NCBI GenBank assembly: GCA_038087875.1
Contig: CM075991.1
Location: forward strand, 8,124,001-8,188,000
DNA length: 64,000 nucleotides
Reading direction: 5' to 3'
Origin: Malacoraja senta
Taxonomy: Eukaryota
The notes beneath the pieces are model-generated. The model saw nothing but the letters and a program-made list of their open reading frames with translations, was not told the DNA's origin and did no database searches. The position numbers and the translations under genes were made by a program. This document shows positions 37,498 through 50,726 of the stretch, piece by piece (positions within the stretch are counted from its first letter, which is position 1; each line of letters begins with the position of its first letter).

Positions 37498-39173
37498 TGC
37501 TTTGAAAGCTTTGTTTAGCTTTTACCTTAGTTTAGAGATACAGCGTGGAAACAGGCCATTCGGCCCACCGAGTCCGCGCCGACCAGCGATCACCCCGTGC
37601 ACTATCCTGCACACACTAGGGACGGTCACGGTGGCGCAGCGGTAGAGTGGCTGCTTTACAGCGAATGCAGCGCCGGAGACCCGGGTTCGATCCCGACCAC
37701 GGGTGCTGTCTGTACGGAGTTTGCACGTTCTCCCCGTGACCTGCGTGGGTTTTCTCCGAGATCTTCGGTTTCCTCCCACACACCAAAGACGCACAGGTTT
37801 GTTGGGTAATTGGCTTGGAGAATGTTTAAAAAATATATTATAATTAAAAAAATTGTCCCTAGTGGGTGCAGGATGGTGTTAATGGTCGGCGCGGACCCGA
37901 TGGGCCGAAGGGCCTGTTTCTGTGTTGTATCTGTAAACTAAACTACAGAAGCCAATTAAACTACAAATTTGCCCGTCTTTGGAATGTGTGGAGGGGACCG
38001 GAGCACCTGGAGAAAGCCCACGTGGTCACGGGGAGAAAGTACAAACTCCGTACAGACAGCACCCGTAGTCAGGATCGAACCCGGGTCTCTGGCGCTGTGA
38101 GGCAGCAACCGCTGCGGCATCCACCGTGCCGCCCCTTTTGTAGTTGCTCGCTTGCGTGCAGACCAGCTGCTGTGCCGCCCTGAATGAAGAGGGTGCACTT
38201 GAATGTGAGGGGCACCAGACTAATACAAGACCTTACACTTGCTACAGAATTGATGATGGAGACGCTCCACCTACAGGTAACCACAAGGTGGCAGTGTCTA
38301 CCAGAGGGACGCGGGACGAAAACAAAGTTATCTTTACAGGTTGAAAACTTTTCCACAGATGAGGGAGAGATGTTCTCTTTGCACGGATACTTCAGTTTAG
38401 TTTTGCCCAGTTTTGCTTAGTTTGGTGATACACACGCCTTCAGCCCACCGGCGGATCCACGCCAACCAGCGATCACCCGTACCTAAATGCTAATCCTGCC
38501 ATTGCCAAAACACAGATGATGTGCATATTACGATCACCCACCATCTTCTGACTGTTTCCAGCACTTTGTGTTTGTGTTCCCGGTCTCCAGCACACTAGTT
38601 TCTGTGTTCATCCCACTTTTGCATCCGCTCCCTACACACAAGGGGACAATTCGCCTACAAAACCCGCAGGTATTTGGCCACGGACAGGACGTGCAAACTC
38701 CACAAAGACAGCACCCGAGGTCAGGTTTGAACCTGGGTCTCTGGCGCTGTGAGGCAGCGGCTTAGCAGGCGCGCAATGTGGATTGAGGGAAAGCACCAGC
38801 TCTTTTCACTGACGTAGGTTTAGTTTAGAGATACAGCGCGGTGAACAGGCCATTCGGCCCACCGAGTCCGTGACGCCCCGCGATCCTCGCACATTGACAC
38901 GATCCTACACACACTAGGGACAATACACACTTATACCCAAGCCAATTGACCTACGAACCCGCACGTCTTTGGAGTGTGGGAGGAAACCGAAGATCTCGGA
39001 GAAAACGGGGAGAACGTGCAAACTCCGTACAGACAGCACCCGTAGTCGGGCCTGGGACTCTGGTGCTGCAAGAGGTGTAAGGCAGCAACTCTACCGCTTT
39101 TCGCCCCTTGGGTGGGCTAAGGATGCAGGGAGGGCTGGCCAGAGGAGGGGGGGGGGGAAGGGGGAGGTCTTAC

Positions 39174-39355
39174 CCGCTTGTCGATGTCCCGGTGCTGTAG
39201 TTGGATGAAGCGGGCACTGATGGCGGCGATGTAACTCTGCTGGTTGGCGAAGGCTACTCTGCCCGCACCCTTGGGGTACTTCAGCTCGGGGTCGGTGTCG
39301 ATGCCAGCGTAGCAGACGCCTCCGTACAGCTGGTCCATGATCATGGCCAGCTCGA
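39174..39355 (-). CDS. CPEB2/3/4-subfamily exon (RRM2)
   Basis: tgcAG|TC GAG CTG ... AAG CGG|GTaag, 182 nt. (V)ELAMIMDQLYGGVCYAGIDTDPELKYPKGAGRVAFANQQSYIAAISARFIQLQHRDIDKR. Confidence 0.96.
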
Positions 39356-40854
39356 CTGCAAGAGGCAGGGACCGCCGTTAGTCTACGCGCCCACCGCGAT
39401 ACACGACCATCACGCACGCCCCACCCCAAACCCAGCGCCAGCCAGGTGGGTTGGGACACCAGCGATGGGCCGAATAACCCGCAGCAGCCCGACGTGCATA
39501 CTTTGTAACCTTGTCAGAGCCCTTTATGTGGAGACTGTTTGCATACCTTGGGTGTGCAAGCAAAGAATTTCACTATGACTTGTCACTAGACTTACAACCC
39601 ATTTCTACTGACAAGCGTTTCTTGAGGTCCTCTGAGGGAGCGCTGTATGTATGTATGTATGTATGTATGTATTGTTTGATCTATGTACCATTGTATACCA
39701 AGGACTTTGGACTGTGTACCAAGGACTTTGAGTCCTTGAAAAGCGCTATATAATTAACATGTATTATTATTATTATTGTATGCAGCATGTTAGTACCTGC
39801 ACTGATGGAAAGCACTTTGGTCAACGAGAGTTGTTTTTAAATGTGCTGTCGAAATAAAATTGACTTGACTTGACTTGTGACACTGAAGTATTCAGTCATT
39901 CACTCATTCTGGTGACTAGTAATAGGTCGACACAAAGTGCTGGAGTAACTCAGCGGGTCGGGCAGCATCTCTGGAGAAAAAGAATAGTTGACCTTTCCGG
40001 TCGAGACCCTTCTTCAGGATGAAGTCGCAGTTTGAAGAAGGAGCATTCTGACTGAGCCACTGTCCGAAGAAGGGTCTCGACCTGAAACGTCAACTATTCC
40101 TTTTCTCCAGAGATGCTGCCCGACCCGCTGAGTTACTCCGGGACTTTGGTATAAACCAGCATCTACAGTTCATTGTTTCTACCTGCGACGTATTTGTGTT
40201 GCCTCATGATTTTATTTATTTATTATATTATTTATTACAGGAGACATTTGGACAGGTACATAGATACCTGAAGATGGGTCTCGACCAGAAACGTCACCCA
40301 TTCCTGCTCTCCAGAAATGCTGCCTGTCCCCGCTGAGTTACTCCAGCTTTTTGTGTCTATCTTCGGTACAGAGATAGGATAGGATTGGAGGGATGTGGGC
40401 CAAATGCGGGCAGGTGGGACTAGTGTAGATTGGGCATGTTGGTTAGCATGGGCAAGTTGGGCCGAAGGGCCTGATTCCCATAATGTATGACTCAATGAAT
40501 CTACTAGTTATAGAGTCACACATCATGGAAACAGGTGCTGCACCCCAACGTTTAAGAGACGTCAGTTACCAGAGGCAAGGCACAGATGGATACAGTCGTA
40601 ATGCAGGGAGACGGGATGAGTGTAGATGAGGAAAAAGGTCGGCATGGACATGGTGTTTCTTTCTGTGCTGTACGCCCCTGATTCTATGCCATTGCTCAGC
40701 AGATCCCACTTGCCCATTTAGTTCCCTGGTACATGCACCCTCTCAACTCTTGGAGACCCCCAGAAACTGCAGATGCAAGAGTAACTCAGCAGGTCAGGGA
40801 GCATCTCTGGAGAACATGGATACATGACGTTTCGTGTTGGGACCCTTCTTCAGG

Positions 40855-41420
40855 GTGTGTGTGCGCGCGCGTGTGTGAGTCTGCGTGTGTGCGTGCGTGT
40901 GCCTGAGTGTGTCTGTGTCTGTGTGTGTGCGTCTGCGTCTGTGTGTGTGCGTGCATGTGCCTGAGTGTGTCTGTGTCTGTGTGTGTGCGTCTGCGTCTGT
41001 GTGTGTGCGTGCGTGTGCCTGAGTGTGTCTGTGTCTGTGCGTGCGTCTGCATGTGTGTGTGCGTGCGTGTGCCTGAGTGTGTGTGTCTGTGTGAGTGCGC
41101 GCGTGTGTGCGTCTGCATGTGTGTGTGCGTGCGTGTGCCTGAGTGTGTCTGTGTCTGTGCGTGTGTGTGCGTGCGTGTGCGTGTGCCTGTGTGTGTGCGC
41201 GCGTGTGTGCGTCTGCGTGTGTGCGTGCGTGCGTGTGCCTGAGTGTGTCTGTGTCTGTGTGCGCGCGCGCGTGTGTGCGTCTGCGTGTCTGCGTGTGTGC
41301 GTGTGCCTGAGTGTGTCTGTGTCTGTGTCTGTGCGCGCGTGTGTGCGTCTGCGTGTGTGTCTGCATGTGTGCGTGCGTGTGCCTGAGTGTGTCTGTGTGT
41401 GTGTCTGTGCGTGTGCGTGC
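40855..41420. repeat. (GT/GC)-rich compound repeat with recurring GCCTGAGTGTGTCTGTGT
   Basis: Visible directly. Confidence 0.9.
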
Positions 41421-41474
41421 CTGTTTCCGCGCTGCATCTCTAAACTAAAGTGGACAAAGCCTCGGGCAACCTAC

Positions 41475-41589
41475 CAGCTTTCAGCGGCCGAGGGACCCCA
41501 CCAACAAAGACGGTCTTCCTGGGATCCAGAGGCTGGGATCCATCGAGCACAAAGTCACTGTCGCTCAGGCTCCACGGCCTAATCTGGAC
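41475..41589 (-). CDS. CPEB2/3/4-subfamily exon (RRM1-RRM2 linker, start of RRM2)
   Basis: ttcAG|GTC CAG ... AAA GCT G|GTagg, 115 nt. VQIRPWSLSDSDFVLDGSQPLDPRKTVFVGGVPRPLKA. Confidence 0.96.
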
Positions 41590-41711
41590 CTGAAACACAG
41601 AAGCAAACACAACCAGTAAAGCACCAGACATTCACGTGGACACAATGAACAGCAGATGCTGGTTTACACACCAAAAACAGACACCAAGTGCAGGAGTGAC
41701 TCAGCGGCTCA

Positions 41712-42030
41712 GGCAGTACGGTGGTGCAGCGGTAGAGTTGCTGCCTTACAGCAGCAGAGACCCAGGTTCGATCCCGACCACAGGCGCTGTCTGAACAAGA
41801 GTTCGTAGGGTCACCCCGTGACCTGCGCGGGTTTTCTCCGATATCTTCGGTTTCCTCCCGCACTCCAAAGACGTGCAGGCGCAGGTTTGTAGGTTAATTG
41901 GCTCGGTATAACTGTAAATTATCCCTAGTGTGTGTGGGATAGTGTTAATGTGCGGGGATTGCTGGTCGGCGCGGACTAGGTGGGCCGAAGGGCCTGTTTC
42001 CCCGCTGTATCTCCAAACCAAACTCTAAAA
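41712..42030 (+). mobile_element. HE1-type V-SINE
   Basis: Full-length copy. Confidence 0.8.
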
Positions 42031-42459
42031 CTCTAAGCATCTTTGGAGAACTCTACACTTGTAACAAGGACATGAAAACGGCATCAAATCTATCCACTCC
42101 GTAAACCTACTGCTGTACGCACTGTTTCTGGGATGTTTATCTAAGATGTATCTGAATGCTTATTTATAGTAAGTAGATACATAAAGCTGGAGTAACTCAG
42201 CGTGGACAGGCAGCAGCATCTCTGGGGAGAGGGAATGGGTGACATTTGGGGTCGAGACCCTTCCTCAGACTGAGAGTCAGGGGAGAGGGAAATTAGAGAT
42301 ATGGAAATGTACAGAACAGATCAGAGTCCGCACCGATGACCACTGAAAGGTGGAGCCCACAATGGTCCATTGTTGGCTGTGGAAGAGGTGATACCAAAGG
42401 GATATATGGATGTGAACAGGGAAACTAGCAGGATGACTGGGATGGGGGTTGAGGGGGGG

Positions 42460-42499
<40 letters not shown>

Positions 42500-43984
42500 C
42501 AAATGTCACTTCAAATTAGAGAAATCAATATTCATTCCGCCGGGTTGTGTGGGATCACTGGTCAGTGTGGACTCAGTGGGCTGAAGGGCCTGTTTCCGCG
42601 CTGTATCTCCAAACTAATCTAAACATTTAGACAGACAGCTACTGTAGGGAAGGCATAAAAGGATACGGTCCTAATGCAGGCAGTTGGGATGAGTGTAGAT
42701 GAGGAAAGAAATGAAGGGCCGAAGGGCCCGTTTCTGTGTTGTACCCCTCTGATTTTATACCATCTTAGAGCTATCCCAATAATACCATTTCCCCATTTAG
42801 TTCCCTGGTACAAATACTCTCACAACTCTCAGGGGTAAAAGGAACTGCGAATGCTGGTTTACAGAATAAGACACAGAGTGCTGGAGTAACTCTGCGGGTC
42901 CAGCAGCATCATGGTTTAGGGATACAGCATGGAAGCGGGCCATTCGGCCCAGCAAGTCCACGATCGCCCGCACACTGGTTCAATGTTATCCCAGTGTCAC
43001 ATCCTACACACCAAGAGCAAGGTACACGAGCCAATTAACCTACAAGCCTGCACGTCTTTGGAGTGTGGGAGGAAACCGGAGCACCTGGAGAAAACCCACG
43101 CAGGTCACGGGGAGAACGTACAAACTCCATACAGACAGCACCCGTAGTCAGGATCGAACCTGTGTCTACGGAGCTGTGAGGCAGCAACTCTACCGCTGCG
43201 CCACCGTGCCGCTGTCTGGAGAGCATTGATAGGTGACGTTTCAGGTTGGGACCCTTCTTCTCCAGAAGAGTCCCGACCCAAAACGTCACCCATCCATGTC
43301 CTCCCACAGATGCTGCCTGACCCACTGAGTTACTCCAGCAATTTATGTCTATTTGTCTCTCTCTCTCTCTCGTCTTCCCCCATTGTCCTGTCATCCACCT
43401 GCACCAGACCAACAGGACAAAAACAGGTGGCCAGGGGCTATGGGGAGAGAGAAGGCAGGAGAATGGGGTTGAGAGGGAGATAGATCAGCCACAAATGAAA
43501 GGCGGAGTAGACTTGACGGGCCGAATGGCCTAATCCTGCTCCTATAACCTATGTATTTATGAAAACCAATGTGGTCACTGGGAGAACATGCAAACTCTAA
43601 TCCTGAATTGGAGCCCGACCTGAAACGCCACCCATCCTTGTCCTCCAGAGATGCTGGCTGACCCGTTGAGTTACTCCAGCACTTTGTGTCTACCTTTGCT
43701 TTGCTAGCCTTCCTGATGCATCCTGCCTTCTTGGAAGATTTTGAGTTTGTATATCTTCTGTTGTTTCACCCTTTCTAAAAACAGAAGGGTTTAATTAAAC
43801 TCGGGCCACTCCACACGTTTCATTCTGTAATGGATTAACTCTGGTATTTTTGTTATCTCACTCCAACACTGCACGTCTTTAAAACTGCCAACAGCAAGCT
43901 AGCTGTCCAACTGGGTCAGAGTTTAGCCAGTGCATAATATTGACCCTCAGATCAGTTCCTGTGATTGGAAAGCGTTGCCTCGAT

Positions 43985-44355
43985 GACAATTGACAATAGG
44001 TGCAGGAGTAGGCCATTCGGCCCTTCGAGCCAGCACTGCCATTCAATGTGATCATGGCTGATCATCCCCAATCAGTACCCCGTTCCTGCCTTCTCCCCAT
44101 ATCCCCTGACTCCGCTATTTTTAAGAGCCCTATCTAGCTCTCTCTTGAAAGCATCCAGAGAACCGGCCTCCACCGCCCTCTGAGGCAGAGAATTCCACAG
44201 ACTCACCACTCACTCTCTGTGAGAAAAAGTGTTTCCTCGTCTCCGTTCTAAATGGCTTACTCCTTATTCTTAAACTGTGGCCCCTGGTTCTGGACTCCCC
44301 CAACATCGGGAACATGTTTCCTGCCTCTAGTGTGTCCAAGCCCTTAACAATCTTA
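43985..44355 (-). mobile_element. CR1 LINE 3' end
   Basis: Same subfamily as 46597-47480. Confidence 0.85.
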
Positions 44356-44789
44356 ACAAACTTTGAATGTTCTATGAGCGGAGGGAATCCTCTGCCTCTG
44401 TACCCAAATGCACTCACTTGTCCTACAGGGTGGCACGGTGGCACAGCGGCAGAGTTGCTGCCTCACACGCCAGAGACCCGGGTTCAATCCTGACTCCGGG
44501 TGCTTGCCTGCGCGGAGTTTGTGCGTTCTCCCCGTGACCTGCGTGGGTTTTCTCCGAGAACTCCCACACTCCAAAGATGTGCAGGCTTGTAGGTTCATTG
44601 GCTTCGGTAAAATTGTAACTTGTCCCCCCGTGTGTGTACGATAGCGCTAGTGAGCGCAGATTCGATCCTGACTATGGGTGCTGTCTGGGACTGCATGGGT
44701 TTTCTCCGGGAGCTCCGGTTTCCTCCCGCACTCCAAAGACGTGCGGACTCGGTTAGCCGAGAGGGCCCAGTTCCCACGCTGTATCTCTA

Positions 44790-45543
44790 AATGGTGGCCG
44801 ACTAGGAAAAGGGGAGATGCAGCGAGACCTGGGTGTCATGGTACACCAGTCATTGAAAGTAGGCATGCAGGTGCAGCAGGCAGTGAAGAAAGCGAATGGT
44901 ATGTTAGCTTTCATAGCAAAAGGATTTGAGTATAGGAGCAGGGAGGTTCTACTGCAGTTGTACAGGGTCTTGGTGAGATCACACCTGGAGTATTGCGTAC
45001 AGTTTTGGTCTCCAAATCTGAGGAAGGACATTATTGCCATAGAGGGAGTGCAGAGAAGGTTCACCAGACTGATTCCTGGGATGTCAGGACTGTCTTATGA
45101 AGAAAGACTGGATAGACTTGGTTTATACTCTCTAGAATTTAGGAGATTGAGAGGGGATCTTATAGAAACTTACAAAATTCTTAAGGGGTTGGACAGGCTA
45201 GATGCAGGAAGATTGCTCCCGATGTTGGGGAAGTCCAGGACAAGGGGTCACAGCTTAAGGATAAGGGGGAAATCCTTTAAAACCGAGATGAGAAGAACTT
45301 TTTTCACACAGAGAGTGGTGAATCTCTGGAACTCTCTGCCACAGAGGGTAGTCGAGGCCAGTTCATTGGCTATGTTTAAGAGGGAGTTAGATGTGGCCCT
45401 TGTGGCTAAAGGGATCAGAGGGTATGGAGAGAAGGCAGGTACGGGATACTGAGTTGGATGATCAGCCATGATCATATTGAATGGCGGTGCAGGCTCGAAG
45501 GGCCGAATGGCCTACTCCTGCACCTAATTTCTATGTTTCTATG
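44790..45543 (+). mobile_element. CR1 LINE 3' portion, open ORF2 C-terminus
   Basis: ORF 44817-45452 (QRDLGVMV...KKANGML...GYGEKAGTGY); (TATGTTTC)n tail. Confidence 0.92.
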
Positions 45544-46596
45544 TGAAACTAAACTCATCTGCAATGAACCACAGACAAGGGGATTTTTTTTGTTTGGCGT
45601 GCTGGAATGCTGAACAGTCAGAATTTACTTCCTGATCAAGTGACACAGATGCAGTTTCTCGGGCTGCCTTTCAAAAGAGGGTGAGATAAAAACAATGTGA
45701 GGATAGGGGACAAGAGGATGTGTGTGAAAGAAGGAAATGCAGATGCTGGTTTAAACCGAAGATAGACACAAAATGCTGGAGTAACTCAGCGGGGCAGGCA
45801 GCATCTCTGGAGAGAAGGAATGGGTGACGTTTTGGGTCGAAACCCTTCTTCACCCCAAGAGGATGGGTGCAGGTCTATTAGTTTTGCTTACTATCCAGGC
45901 CTAACGTACCAGGCTTGAGCACAGAGGCAGTGCAAGGGACAAGATAATCAGTGTGCGAAAGATGAAGTGGGCAGAGTATAGAATGTAGTATGACAGGCTC
46001 AGAGAAAAATGTGCAAGTGCCATCACATAGCGCAGCACAGCGGTAGAGTTGCTGCCTTACAGCGCCAGAGACCTGGGTTCGATCCTGACGAAGGGTACTG
46101 TCTGGGACTGCGTGGGTTTTCTCCGGGCGCTCCGGTTTCCACCCACACTCCACAGACGTGCAGGTTTGCAGGTTCATAGGCTTCAGTAAAACTGTAAACT
46201 GTCCCCCAGTGTGTGTAGGATAGTGCGAGTGTACGGGGTGATCACTGGTTGGCACAGACTCGGTGGGCCGAAGGGCCTGTTTCCATGCTGTATGTCTAAA
46301 GTAAAGGTACAGGTCCCTGCTGTACAACCTGTTTACCGGCTCGGAGTTGCTGCCTTACAGGGCTTGCAGCGCCAGAGACCCGGGTTCGATCCCGACCACG
46401 GGTGCTGTCTGTACGGAGTTTGTACGTTCCCCCCGTGACCACATGGGTTTTCTCCGAGATCTTAAGTAGCATGTGGCAGCAACTCTACCGCTGCGCCACC
46501 GTGCCGCCCTTTCCTCCAGAGATGCTGCCTGACCCGTTGAGTTACTCCAGCATTTTGTGTCTACCTTTCACTATGCTGTATGTTTCAATTAGGTCA

Positions 46597-47480
46597 ATAG
46601 ACAATAGACAACAGGTGCAGGAGTAGGCCATTCGGCCCTTCGAGCCAGCACCGCCACTCAATGTGATCATGGCTGATCATCCCCAATCAGTACCCCGTTC
46701 CTGCCTTCTCCCCATATCCCCTGACTCCGCTATCTTTAAGAGCCCGGTCTAGCTCTCTCTTGAAAGTATCCAGAGAACCTGCCTCCACCGCCCTCTGAGG
46801 CAGAGAATTCCACAGACTCACCACTCTCTGTGAGAAAAAGTGTTTCCTCGTCTCTGTTCTAAATGGCTTACCCCTTATTCTTAAACTGTGGCCCCTGGTT
46901 CTGGAATCCCCTAACATCGGGAACATGTTTCCTGCCTCTAGCGTGTCCAAGCCCTTATCAATCTTATATGTTTCAATGAAATCTCCTCTCATCCTTCTAA
47001 ACTCCAGAGTATACAAGCCCAGCTGCTCCATTCTCTCAGCATATGACAGTCCCGCCATCCCGGGAATTAACCTTGTAAACCTACGCTGCACTCCCTCAAT
47101 AGCAAGAATGTCCTTCCTCAAATTAGGGGACCAAAACTGCACACAATACTCCAGGTGTGGTCTCACTAGGGCTCTGTACAACTGCAGAAGGACCTCTTTG
47201 CTCCTATATTCGATTCCTCTTGTTATGAAGGCCAACATGCCATTGGCTTTCTTCACTGCCTGCTGTACCTGCATGCTTACTTTCATAGACTGATGTACAA
47301 GGACCCCCAGATCCCGTTGTACTTCCCCTTTTCCCAACTTGACGCCATTTAGATAGTAATTTGCCTTCCTGTTTTTGCTACCAAAGTGGATAACCTCACA
47401 TTTATCCGCATTAAACTTCATCTGCCATGCATCTGCCCACTCCCCCAACCTGTCCAAGTCACCCTGCATTCTCATAGCAT
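46597..47480 (-). mobile_element. CR1 LINE 3' portion, open ORF2 C-terminus
   Basis: QGDLDRLGEWADAWQMKFNADKCEVIHFG...GYGEKAGTGY; starts ~35 bp inside the CPEB intron. Confidence 0.92.
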
Positions 47481-47516
47481 CCATCCTCATCATGACCAGT
47501 GAGGGGCCGCACTCAC

Positions 47517-47635
47517 CGGTTTGTCCTTGACCGTACGGCTGGAAACGTAAAGGTACAGCTTGCCGTCGTCGTGGTAGCAGGCGTCGATGAGAACCTGGAC
47601 AGAACATTCCTCCTGAAACAGCAGGAAGGCGTAAC
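47517..47635 (-). CDS. CPEB2/3/4-subfamily exon (RRM1 RNP1)
   Basis: tgcAG|GT TAC GCC ... AAA CCG|GTgag, 119 nt. (G)YAFLLFQEECSVQVLIDACYHDDGKLYLYVSSRTVKDKP. Confidence 0.95.
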
Positions 47636-48589
47636 CTGCAAAAAGCAAGGCACCCTGGTCAGTGTGGAGCTCTGCCGTTCAATTCAAACAACGAAACAGG
47701 ATTAAGTTCAAAGCAATTGAGTTTAGATACGTACAGACACGAAATGCTGGGGTAACTCGGCGGGACAGGCAGCATCTCTGGAGAGAAGGAGATTGTGTCT
47801 ATCTTTGAGTAGAGCTCTTAAATGGGCAGAGTCAAGGGATATGGGGAGAAGGCAGGAACGGGGTACCGATTGTGGATGATCAGCTGTAATGGCGGTGCTG
47901 GCTCGAAGGGCCGAATGGCCTACTCCTGCACCTATTGTCAATCATCTCTTGTCTAAACCAGCGTCTGCAGTTCCTTCCTACACATGTAATTAGTTTAGTT
48001 TGGCTTAGAGATCCAGCGCGGAAACAGGCCCTTCGGCCCACCGGGTCCTCGCCGGCCAGCGATCCCCGCACATCAACGCTGCCCTACACGTACTCGAGAC
48101 ATGTTATTAACCTTTGTACCCAAGCCAATTGACCTACAAACCTGTACGCCCTTGGAGTGTGGGAGGAAAGCGAAGATCTGGGAGAAAACCCACGCAGGTC
48201 ACGGGGAGAACGTACAAACGCAGCACAGACAGCGCCCGTGATCAGGATCAAACCCGGGTCTCTGGCGCTGTAAGGCAGTAGATCGACGGCAAGGCCACTG
48301 TGCCGAAATTGCTGAAATTTCAACCTCATATAATGTAGAAACATAAGAACTGATAATCATAAACCATCATTAAAATCCTCACTACCTCACCAGGATGTCC
48401 AGCAAGCCCACTAGTCTGCACGAAGGGTCTCAGCCAGAAACATCACCTATCCTTGTTCTCCAGCGATGCTGCCCGACCCGCTGAGTTACTCCAGCATGTC
48501 GTGTCTTCCCTTGGTGAAGCACTATCCCGCAAGCTCTTTGTACGCAGCTTCCTCCTGGTGCTAACAATGGATGGATGTGGAGGTCTTAC

Positions 48590-48679
48590 CTTTGGGTGGG
48601 AAGTAGGATTTGCTCCCGGACTTGTGGGGCCAGTCGACCATCAGCTGGCCAAAGCAGCAGAAGGTAGCGATGATCTCAT
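48590..48679 (-). CDS. CPEB2/3/4-subfamily exon (RRM1)
   Basis: accAG|AT GAG ATC ... CCC AAA G|GTaag, 90 nt. (D)EIIATFCCFGQLMVDWPHKSGSKSYFPPK. Confidence 0.95.
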
Positions 48680-48710
48680 CTGGTCAGAAACAAGGAGGAA
48701 ATAAGGTCAA

Positions 48711-49350
48711 CTTGGTACATCTCCACTTAGATCAACCTGGTACATGTCCAGAGATCAACCTGGTACATGTCCAGAGATCTACTTGGTACATGTCCAGAGA
48801 TCTACTTGGTGCATCTCCACTGAGATCAACTTGGTACATGTCCAGAGATCTACTTGGTACATGTCCAGAGATCTACTTGGTACATGTCCAGAGATCTACT
48901 TGGTACATGTCCAGAGATCTACTTGGTACATGTCCAGAGATCTACTTGGTGCATGTCCAGAGATCTACTTGGTACATGTCCAGAGATCTACTTGGTACAT
49001 GTCCAGAGATCTACTTGGTACATGTCCAGAGATCTACTTGGTACATGTCCAGAGATCTACTTGGTACATGTCCAGAGATCTACTTGGTACATGTCCAGAG
49101 ATCTACTTGGTACATGTCCAGAGATCTACTTGGTACATGTCCAGAGATCTACTTGGTACATGTCCAGAGATCTACTTGGTACATGTCCAGAGATCTACTT
49201 GGTACATGTCCAGAGATCTACTTGGTACATGTCCAGAGATCTACTTGGTACATCTCCACTGAGATCAACGTGGTACATGTCCACTGAGATCAACCTGGTA
49301 CATCTCCACTGAGATCAACTTGGTACATCTCCACTGAGATCAACGTGGTG
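48711..49350. repeat. 23-bp minisatellite (TTGGTACATGTCCAGAGATCTAC)n, ~27 units
   Basis: Near-perfect core array with CTCCACTGAGATCAAC-variant units at both edges. Confidence 0.97.
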
Positions 49351-49359
49351 TATCTCCAA

Positions 49360-50245
49360 CCTCAGCTCTACCACCGAGACCATGCCCAGGGAATTCTCAA
49401 CGCCATTGTGGTGGCTGTTTGCATTCCTCCCTCCCGCCAACCCACTGCGAGCGTGTCACCGTCATCCACACAGTCACCGCAAGACTCCACACACAACGCC
49501 CGACTGCTTTCATCGCTATCTCGGAGTATTTCAACCACGTGACTTTGGACGCTACCCTACCCATTTTCACTCAGTTTGTTGCCTGTCCCACAGGGATATG
49601 AAAACATTGGACCTGCTCAGCTGTACGCCGATGCTAAAGAGGCTTACAGCTCCAAAGCCCTTCCGCCACCGGGTAGATCCGACCACAACCCGACCACGAC
49701 CAATTCCCAGAGGCCATTAGGACTGTAAACTCCTATTTCTCCAGGGACTAACGTTACTGAACCATGTTACTGTTGTGGGGTGTCTTTTTAAAGTTGCTGT
49801 TTTTTCCTTTTTCTTCCCTCCCACAAATATGTCATATGTGAATAAGTCATTCTGTTCCATTCTGTTTGTCGTTTGGTTGTTTGTTTTTTGCACAATTCGC
49901 GAGCATTGCCATTTTTCATTTCACTGCACATCTCGTATGTGTATGTGAGGAATAAACTTGACTTGACTTGAACCTGGTTCACCTCCTACCCAGGTAGAAG
50001 CCAATGGCCCAGAGGCTGCCTTTGACCCACAATGCCTGTGATACTCTACTGGGCCGTTTTGAGATGACAGACTGGGACGCACTATGTAGTCCCCATGGAG
50101 GGGACATTGATGGACTCACGGACTGTGTTACCAGTTACATAAATGTGGATTCTGTGTGGATAACATTGTCTCTGAGGAGACTGTACACTGTTTCTCCAAC
50201 AACAAGCCCTGCGTCATCAGTGACATAAAGGCCCCTCTCAACCAG
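49360..50245 (+). mobile_element. Degenerate Rex1/Babar endonuclease-region fragment, interrupted by a LINE 3' tail
   Basis: Frameshifted PREFS, VVAVCIPP, FNHVTL, KTLDLL, GRSDHN and FEMTDWDAL...DIDGLTDCVTSYI motifs. Confidence 0.55.
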
Positions 50246-50558
50246 AATATCTGGGGTACTGATTTTAGATGATCAGCCATGATCATATTGAATGGTGGTG
50301 CTGGCTCGAAGGGCTGAATGGCCTCCACCTGCAACTATTTTGCTACATTTCTACCTCTTGCTGAAAGCTGTATACTCATTGTCCATTTTGTCTTTTGACG
50401 AGCATGTTCCCCACACCAACTACACACAAGCATCCATACAATGGACCCCCCCCCCCCCCACTCCCCATAATACTGAACACATTGACTCTCTATCCTCCAG
50501 AGAGCCCCAGATATAAAGGGGGTCGTTTGCATTGGGGGATCAGGACGATGTATCTCAC

Positions 50559-50726
50559 CTTCATCGATGTCGGGGGGGAGACCGCCGACAAAAACCTTTC
50601 GGGAATATCGCTCCCCGTGCTTCCCGTTCTGACTCAGAGCCGGGGAGTTCAAGCCCGAAGATAAGGACTGGTCACCCTGGCCGTTGTCGAGGAAGCCATC
50701 TTCTACGGGGAAGAGAGCCGACCGAC
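50559..50726 (-). CDS. CPEB2/3/4-subfamily exon (linker and start of RRM1)
   Basis: cgcAG|GT CGG TCG ... GAT GAA G|GTgag, 168 nt. RSALFPVEDGFLDNGQGDQSLSSGLNSPALSQNGKHGERYSRKVFVGGLPPDIDE. Confidence 0.95.

Noticed and set aside
46687..47607. 306-aa ORF as a CPEB-CR1 fusion gene
   Set aside because: It overlaps the CPEB exon in a different frame and runs into a truncated CR1 ORF2 by chance.
48711..49350. CRISPR-like regular array or repeat-protein ORFs
   Set aside because: Units are contiguous with no unique spacers, the DNA is eukaryotic, and the ORFs are open only because the 23-mer lacks stops.
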